Part shown: positions 40,353 to 44,424 of the stretch, piece by piece
Position numbering within the stretch: position 1 is the stretch's first letter
How the letters are laid out: the number at the start of each line of letters is the position of its first letter
NCBI GenBank assembly: GCA_020722265.1
Contig: DYLA01000003.1
Span: 4,698-49,121, forward strand
Direction: 5' to 3'
Origin: Anaerolinea sp.
Lineage (GTDB): Bacteria; Chloroflexota; Anaerolineae; UBA4142
Length of the DNA stretch: 44,424 nt
The notes under the pieces: model-generated
Database searches by the model: none
What the model was told of the DNA's origin: nothing
The model's input: only the letters and a program-made list of their open reading frames with translations
Position numbers and translations under genes: made by a program

Positions 40353-42200
40353 TTAGGTGTAATCCTTTCGCAATTTTTCCAACCGCGCCACGCTATCGCG
40401 GAATCCCCCCGGCCGATTGCGCGCGTGCCAGAGGCGTGTGTACTCGGCGATGTGCGCGTCGAGGTCGCGCGCGAGGTGGCGTTTGAGCGCGCGCGCTTGG
40501 GCTGGGTCGGCTGTGAGCGCGAGGAGACCGCGCTGGCACGCGTGGCGCAGCAGTGCCGCCGCGCTGGCGAATTCGTCGGCGATCAGGCGCGCATCGTCAC
40601 GCGCCGAGCGGGCGCGCGCGAGGGGCTGGAGGGCGTGATCAATCGCACCCTGCGCGCGTTGGAGCGCGGCGGGCGTCAGCCCGTAGATTTCATCGCGCAA
40701 TTTGGGCAGGGGAGTGTGCAGAAGACGAAAGAGCGCGGTCGAGTTGTGCAATTCGATGCCGAGCGATTTGTACGCGTTTCCCAGATCGAACGCGACGCGC
40801 CCGAGCGCGCCGGTGGGGTCGCGAAAGGCATAGAGACTAATCGCGCGCGCAAGGTCGAGATCGCGATTTGCTTCGACGCACCAACTCATCGCCGCCCCGT
40901 AGCCGAGACCGAGAAAGCTGATCGGGAGGTACTGCCAGTGCCCGTTGTCGCCCCAGTCGGTGTTGAGCAGACCGATAGCGCCGTGCTTCAGCCCATTCTT
41001 CGCCGCGTTGCGAATATTGGCGATGGTATTCTCGGTGCGCCCGGCAATCGAGTTCCACGACGAGGTGCCTGGGCAGACGTAGAAGGGAACGCCGGCAGCG
41101 GCAAAACGCGCGCCATCCTCGTCGAAAGGATGGTCGGCTTCGTAGCCCCATTCGAGCGCAATCGCGTCGCGCGGTAGTTCGGCGATGAGTTCGGGATGTT
41201 GAATGATGATGTCGCCCCAGAATTGCATCGTGCGCCCGCGCGCCGTGACCTCGCGATGAATCTTCAAGAGAAAATCGAGATAGACGCGGCCTGCGCCGCG
41301 CCGTTCACATTCTGCCTTGCTGCGCCCTTGCCCTAGATCGAAAGTTTCGTCGCAACCGACGTTGAACTGACGCGACGAAAAGTTGGGGAGGAGTTCGTCG
41401 TACAACTCGCGCAAGAGCGCGAGACTGCCGGGGTCGGTGGGACACAGGCTGAAGGGATGCTTGCCCCACCAGTGCGCGGAGGTGGGGTGCGGCACTTCGG
41501 CGAGCGGCGCGTAGCGCGCGTGCCTCAGCCAGCGATGCATATGCCCGAAGGAGTTCTGGTTCGGCACGAGTTCGATGAAACGCGCGCGGCAGAACGCATC
41601 GAGTTCGAGGATTTCTTGCGCGGTCAGCGGCGAGGCGCGCTTCCACACCTGGGGGTGATTCTGGTACGCAAAAGTGTGTTCGGTGTAGAGTTGGAGTTGA
41701 TTGATTTTCCAAGTGGCGAGCAGCTCCACGAGGTCGAAGAGCGTCCGCAGCGTCGGCACTTTGTCGCGGCTGATGTCGAGCATCACGCCGCGATGCGGAA
41801 AATCCGGATGGTCGGCGATGCGCAGGCAAGGGAGGCGGCGATACGGTGACGCGGCGATGAGTTGGAGGAGAGTGCAAACGGCGTAGAAGATTCCACGCGG
41901 CGAGGCGGCGAAGACTTGGATGCCGTCGGGCGAGAGGTCGAGGGCATAGCCCTCGGCGTGTGGCGCGCGCGCGGCGTCCACGCCCAGCGTCGCGCCGATG
42001 TTGCCGGTCGCGGTGGCGGTGATGTTCCATTCGACGCGCGCGTGTTCGCGCAGGGCGCTGCACAGCCGCTGCGCGCTTGGGAGCAGGTCTTGCGCCGGTG
42101 CGCCAGCCAGTGCGATGCGTTTGCCTGATTCCAACTTGTACTCGCCCGCGCGCGGCTCGACGTGACGCGGGGTGGGGATAAGCGCGAGAGGTCTCGGCAT
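40353..42200 (-). CDS. GH20 beta-N-acetylhexosaminidase-like protein, no signal peptide
   Basis: 'FPHRGVMLDISRD' and 'FNVGCDETFDLG' (catalytic D-E pair region). GGAGGA SD 6 nt upstream of ATG 42200. Confidence 0.8.
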   Translation of the reverse strand: MPRPLALIPTPRHVEPRAGEYKLESGKRIALAGAPAQDLLPSAQRLCSALREHARVEWNITATATGNIGATLGVDAARAPHAEGYALDLSPDGIQVFAASPRGIFYAVCTLLQLIAASPYRRLPCLRIADHPDFPHRGVMLDISRDKVPTLRTLFDLVELLATWKINQLQLYTEHTFAYQNHPQVWKRASPLTAQEILELDAFCRARFIELVPNQNSFGHMHRWLRHARYAPLAEVPHPTSAHWWGKHPFSLCPTDPGSLALLRELYDELLPNFSSRQFNVGCDETFDLGQGRSKAECERRGAGRVYLDFLLKIHREVTARGRTMQFWGDIIIQHPELIAELPRDAIALEWGYEADHPFDEDGARFAAAGVPFYVCPGTSSWNSIAGRTENTIANIRNAAKNGLKHGAIGLLNTDWGDNGHWQYLPISFLGLGYGAAMSWCVEANRDLDLARAISLYAFRDPTGALGRVAFDLGNAYKSLGIELHNSTALFRLLHTPLPKLRDEIYGLTPAALQRAQGAIDHALQPLARARSARDDARLIADEFASAAALLRHACQRGLLALTADPAQARALKRHLARDLDAHIAEYTRLWHARNRPGGFRDSVARLEKLRKDYT

Positions 42201-42253
42201 CGTTTTCCTCCGACACAGTTGCGAGGCAGGTTCGTTACACGGTCAGCCAGCCA

Positions 42254-42282
42254 AGTATACGCGCGAATCGGCGGAAAGTCGA
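42254..42282 (-). promoter_or_regulatory. Candidate promoter of the GH20 operon
   Basis: Minus strand reads TCGACT, 17-nt spacer, TATACT. Lies 53 nt upstream of the ATG. Confidence 0.35.
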
Positions 42283-42284
42283 AT

Positions 42285-42312
42285 TTGTCAGCATGCGATA
42301 TTTGATTACAAT
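42285..42312 (+). promoter_or_regulatory. Candidate promoter of the response regulator gene
   Basis: TTGTCA, 16-nt spacer, TACAAT. GTG at 42331 lies 18 nt after the -10 box. Confidence 0.45.
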
Positions 42313-42330
42313 GTCAATTGTGGTGAAGCG

Positions 42331-43005
42331 GTGACTGGCGCAGGTTCGATTCGAATCGTCTTGGTGGATCCGCACGCGCTCGTGCGCGCAGGCTTGCGCG
42401 CGCTCATCGAGCGTGAACCGGAGATGCGCGTGGTGGGCGAGGCGGGGACGGTGCAAGACGCGCTGGAGGTCGTGTCGCGTGAAGCGCCGGATATCATACT
42501 CTTGGATCCGAATGTGGACAACGCCAATCTTGATGGGATTCTCCATTTGCGCGCGGCGGCTCCACAGGCACGCTTGCTACTGGTGACCGGTTTGGAGGAT
42601 GCCAAGTTGTATCACCGCGCGGTGCAACTCGGCGCGATGGGGGTAGTGCGAAAGAATCAGACGGGGGACACACTGATCAAGGCGATCAGAAAAGTCCGCG
42701 AGGGTGAGGCATGGCTAGACCGTTCGATGATGGCGCAAGTTATCGAGGGATTATCGGGCGAGTGGAACGCGCCGCAGAGGCAGCCCGAGGAAGCGCTGAT
42801 CGAACTGCTCAGCCCGAGAGAACGCCAGCTGGTCGAACTGGTCGGCAAGGGTTTCAAGAACAAGCAAATCGCCGAGCAGATGTCCATCAGCGAAGTGACG
42901 GTGCGCCATCACCTCACTTCGATTTTCGCGAAACTTGGCGTTGAGGATCGGTTGGAACTATTCATCTTTGCGCTCAAGCATGGGCTCGGCAGTTTGTCCG
43001 GATAG
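42331..43005 (+). CDS. NarL/LuxR-family response regulator (REC + HTH)
   Basis: GTG at 42331, since the longer ORF from 42172 would run through the promoter. 'IRIVLVDPH', 'PDIILLDPNV' (acceptor Asp), and the LuxR HTH 'LSPRERQLVELVGKGFKNKQIAEQMSISEVTVRHHLTSIFAKLG'. Confidence 0.85.
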   Translation: MTGAGSIRIVLVDPHALVRAGLRALIEREPEMRVVGEAGTVQDALEVVSREAPDIILLDPNVDNANLDGILHLRAAAPQARLLLVTGLEDAKLYHRAVQLGAMGVVRKNQTGDTLIKAIRKVREGEAWLDRSMMAQVIEGLSGEWNAPQRQPEEALIELLSPRERQLVELVGKGFKNKQIAEQMSISEVTVRHHLTSIFAKLGVEDRLELFIFALKHGLGSLSG

Positions 43006-43025
43006 ACGCTTGGTGTTTTGGAATG

Positions 43026-43063
43026 ACCCGCATGGAGGTATGAACCATGCGGGTTTGCTTTTT
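43026..43063 (+). terminator. Rho-independent terminator of the response regulator gene
   Basis: ACCCGCATGG-(9 nt)-CCATGCGGGT followed by TTGCTTTTT. Confidence 0.75.
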
Positions 43064-43103
43064 CGGATCTTGATGGCTCATTTGTGCCCTTGTAGCCAAC
43101 AGA

Positions 43104-43556
43104 ATGATGATAGATGCGACGATGCGAATGGCCATTCTGGCTATTCAAGAGTATCAGTTGCGACGATGTGCTAAATGGAGATTTCTGATACACTGTAAGG
43201 TGTTGGCACAAGAAATCAAGGGCGCGGTAGAACCGCCGCCCGCAACCCGAATCGAGCGTCGCGCGAAACCGCGCGTCGTTTGTAATTATCCGGCGGTGGT
43301 GCGCGGACGCACGCCGGAGGGCGTGTTATTCGAAGAACCGGCGATGATTGTCAATCTGAGCGCGACGGGGCTGTACCTTCGCTTGAATCGGCGTTTGTCG
43401 CCGGGCAATCGGTTGTTCGTGTGTTTTCGTTTTGGAAACGCTTCGGCGGAGGGAAGCCAAGCACTCGGCGCGCGCGCGGTGGTGGTTCGACGCGAGACTG
43501 GGGCGAACGGCGCCAGCGGTTTGGGGTTGCGACTCGAACGGTATCGGTTTCTGTGA
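43104..43556 (+). CDS. PilZ domain protein (start uncertain)
   Basis: 'RRAKPR' (RxxxR) followed ~28 aa later by 'NLSATG' ((D/N)xSxxG). The first ~30 codons are AT-rich and may be non-coding. Alternative starts at GTG 43200 or TTG 43203. Confidence 0.6.
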   Translation: MMIDATMRMAILAIQEYQLRRCAKWRFLIHCKVLAQEIKGAVEPPPATRIERRAKPRVVCNYPAVVRGRTPEGVLFEEPAMIVNLSATGLYLRLNRRLSPGNRLFVCFRFGNASAEGSQALGARAVVVRRETGANGASGLGLRLERYRFL

Positions 43557-43570
43557 AAGGAGTAGGAGAA

Positions 43571-44251
43571 ATGAAAAAGGCTGTGCGTTTTCTTGGGGTC
43601 GTCGTTTGGGCTGTGGCATTCACGTTGCTTTCGGCGGCGATGGTCGCCGCGGCTGCGCCTTTCGTGGTGGAAGGCACGGCGAATGTAGATGGCAATCCCG
43701 CCGAGTGGGACTTGACCAACGACTTTTTCGCGAATATGCATCTGGCGGCGAACCCTGACAAAGCGGTTTTAGCCAAATTGTATTTGCGCTACGATTGCCA
43801 GACGCAGACGCTCTACGCGCTCGTGCTAACCGAACCGGGGCACACGATTGCCGCGGGTATTCCTCTTGACGAGCACTATCTTAAGATTGGCGTGAAAACA
43901 TTGGTCAATGCCTCGGCTGGTGATGACGGTACGCCTCCCGATTTCGCTTGGATCAATCGTCGCCCAGGTCCTTATGGCGATGTTGCTGACGGCTGGGAAG
44001 CCTCCGCTCCACTCAGCACAGGGAACTATAGCAACTTTAACGCGCATACCGATGTGGACTACGATGGCTCGGAGTGGGACACCGCCGCAGTCCCTAATCG
44101 CAGCATCCAGATGAACATCGTTTGTTCTCCATCGGCGGTCACCCTCTCTTCCTTCTCGGCGCAGTCTGACGAGAGCGACTGGAGGGCCTGGGTTAGCGCG
44201 GTCGGTGCAATCGTCGCGGGGTTCTTGGCGTTCTTGTTCGTCAGGAGATAG
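43571..44251 (+). CDS. Secreted protein with N-terminal signal peptide and C-terminal TM anchor ending in RR
   Basis: ATG at 43571 with AAGGAGTAGGAG upstream. 'MKKAVRFLGVVVWAVAFTLLSAAMVAAAAP' signal and C-terminal 'WVSAVGAIVAGFLAFLFVRR'. Confidence 0.65.
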   Translation: MKKAVRFLGVVVWAVAFTLLSAAMVAAAAPFVVEGTANVDGNPAEWDLTNDFFANMHLAANPDKAVLAKLYLRYDCQTQTLYALVLTEPGHTIAAGIPLDEHYLKIGVKTLVNASAGDDGTPPDFAWINRRPGPYGDVADGWEASAPLSTGNYSNFNAHTDVDYDGSEWDTAAVPNRSIQMNIVCSPSAVTLSSFSAQSDESDWRAWVSAVGAIVAGFLAFLFVRR

Positions 44252-44270
44252 CCCCGGTCAGATTTCGCAC
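44249..44270. repeat. REP-like element, copy 3 (5' arm only within the window)
   Basis: TAGCCCCGGTCAGATTTCGCAC. Begins with the TAG stop of the upstream gene, as in copy 1. Confidence 0.5.
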
Positions 44271-44374
44271 CTGCATTCTCGGATAAGCCAAATGGGGCAG
44301 CCAAACTGCCCCTCCTATCGCTGGCGAGGGGGCGCAAGCGAGGCGCAGCCGAGACCGATAGGTTGCTCGGCGCG

Positions 44375-44404
44375 GTGTGGGATATGTGTGGGTTTGTGTG
44401 GGAT
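44375..44404. repeat. Three GTGTGGG(A/T)T motifs at 10-11 nt spacing
   Basis: GTGTGGGAT at 44375, GTGTGGGTT at 44386 and GTGTGGGAT at 44396. Lies 20 nt from the window edge. Confidence 0.5.
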
Positions 44405-44424
44405 ACCATAGGAACGCTTGTTCT

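Noticed and set aside
1-44424. CRISPR arrays, cas genes, transposases, prophage blocks, toxin-antitoxin pairs and known defence-system signature genes
   Set aside because: No regularly spaced direct repeats longer than the 9-mers at 44375-44404. No ORF shows transposase, integrase, Cas, RT, capsid or terminase motifs on either strand.

Overview
GC-rich bacterial chromosomal segment with strong GC3 codon bias. I call 35 protein genes and one tRNA-Lys(CUU). I saw no transposase, integrase, reverse transcriptase, cas gene or CRISPR array. The protein repertoire (DUF2723 GT-C enzyme, ArsA with an HSP20 domain, translin homolog, multi-GAF PP2C phosphatase, LysM proteins, many TTGACA-N16/17-TATAAT-type promoters) suggests a Chloroflexota-like organism, but that is inference only. 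Layout: (1) 2-1863, an aeRF1/Vms1-like release-factor homolog and a rhomboid protease. (2) 2031-11880, one tightly overlapping plus-strand operon. It holds a heptose kinase-like GHMP kinase, a priming sugar transferase, a 48-aa membrane peptide absent from the ORF track, GmhB, an O-antigen-ligase-like protein, a flippase-like protein and a GT2. It ends with three translationally coupled genes: an SPPY amino-methyltransferase, an unknown Cys/His protein and an FAD oxidoreductase. (3) A solitary FabH. (4) A minus-strand operon of two paralogous TIM-barrel glycosidase-like proteins without signal peptides, which share an LGFP-like C-terminal module, plus an M20 amidohydrolase. (5) Lipoprotein, PepA, FadA/FadN. 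(6) A LysM x3 protein with a degenerate cupredoxin domain, and a beta-helix lipoprotein. (7) A translin homolog operonic with a 7TM-3xGAF-PP2C phosphatase. (8) tRNA-Lys and a probably leaderless metallophosphoesterase gene. (9) A long minus-strand block: GH20, a serine-hydrolase/BadF-kinase fusion, ArsA-HSP20, DUF2723 GT-C, a solute-binding protein and GH36. (10) An orphan NarL-type regulator, a PilZ protein and an anchored secreted protein. The best candidates for something undescribed are the methyltransferase / Cys-His protein / FAD oxidoreductase trio, the glycosidase-glycosidase-amidohydrolase operon, the translin-PP2C pair, the GGW release-factor homolog, and a REP-like intergenic element (AGATTTCGCAC ... 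GGGTGCGAAAGC) present three times. All domain calls rest on motifs read by eye; no database search was run.
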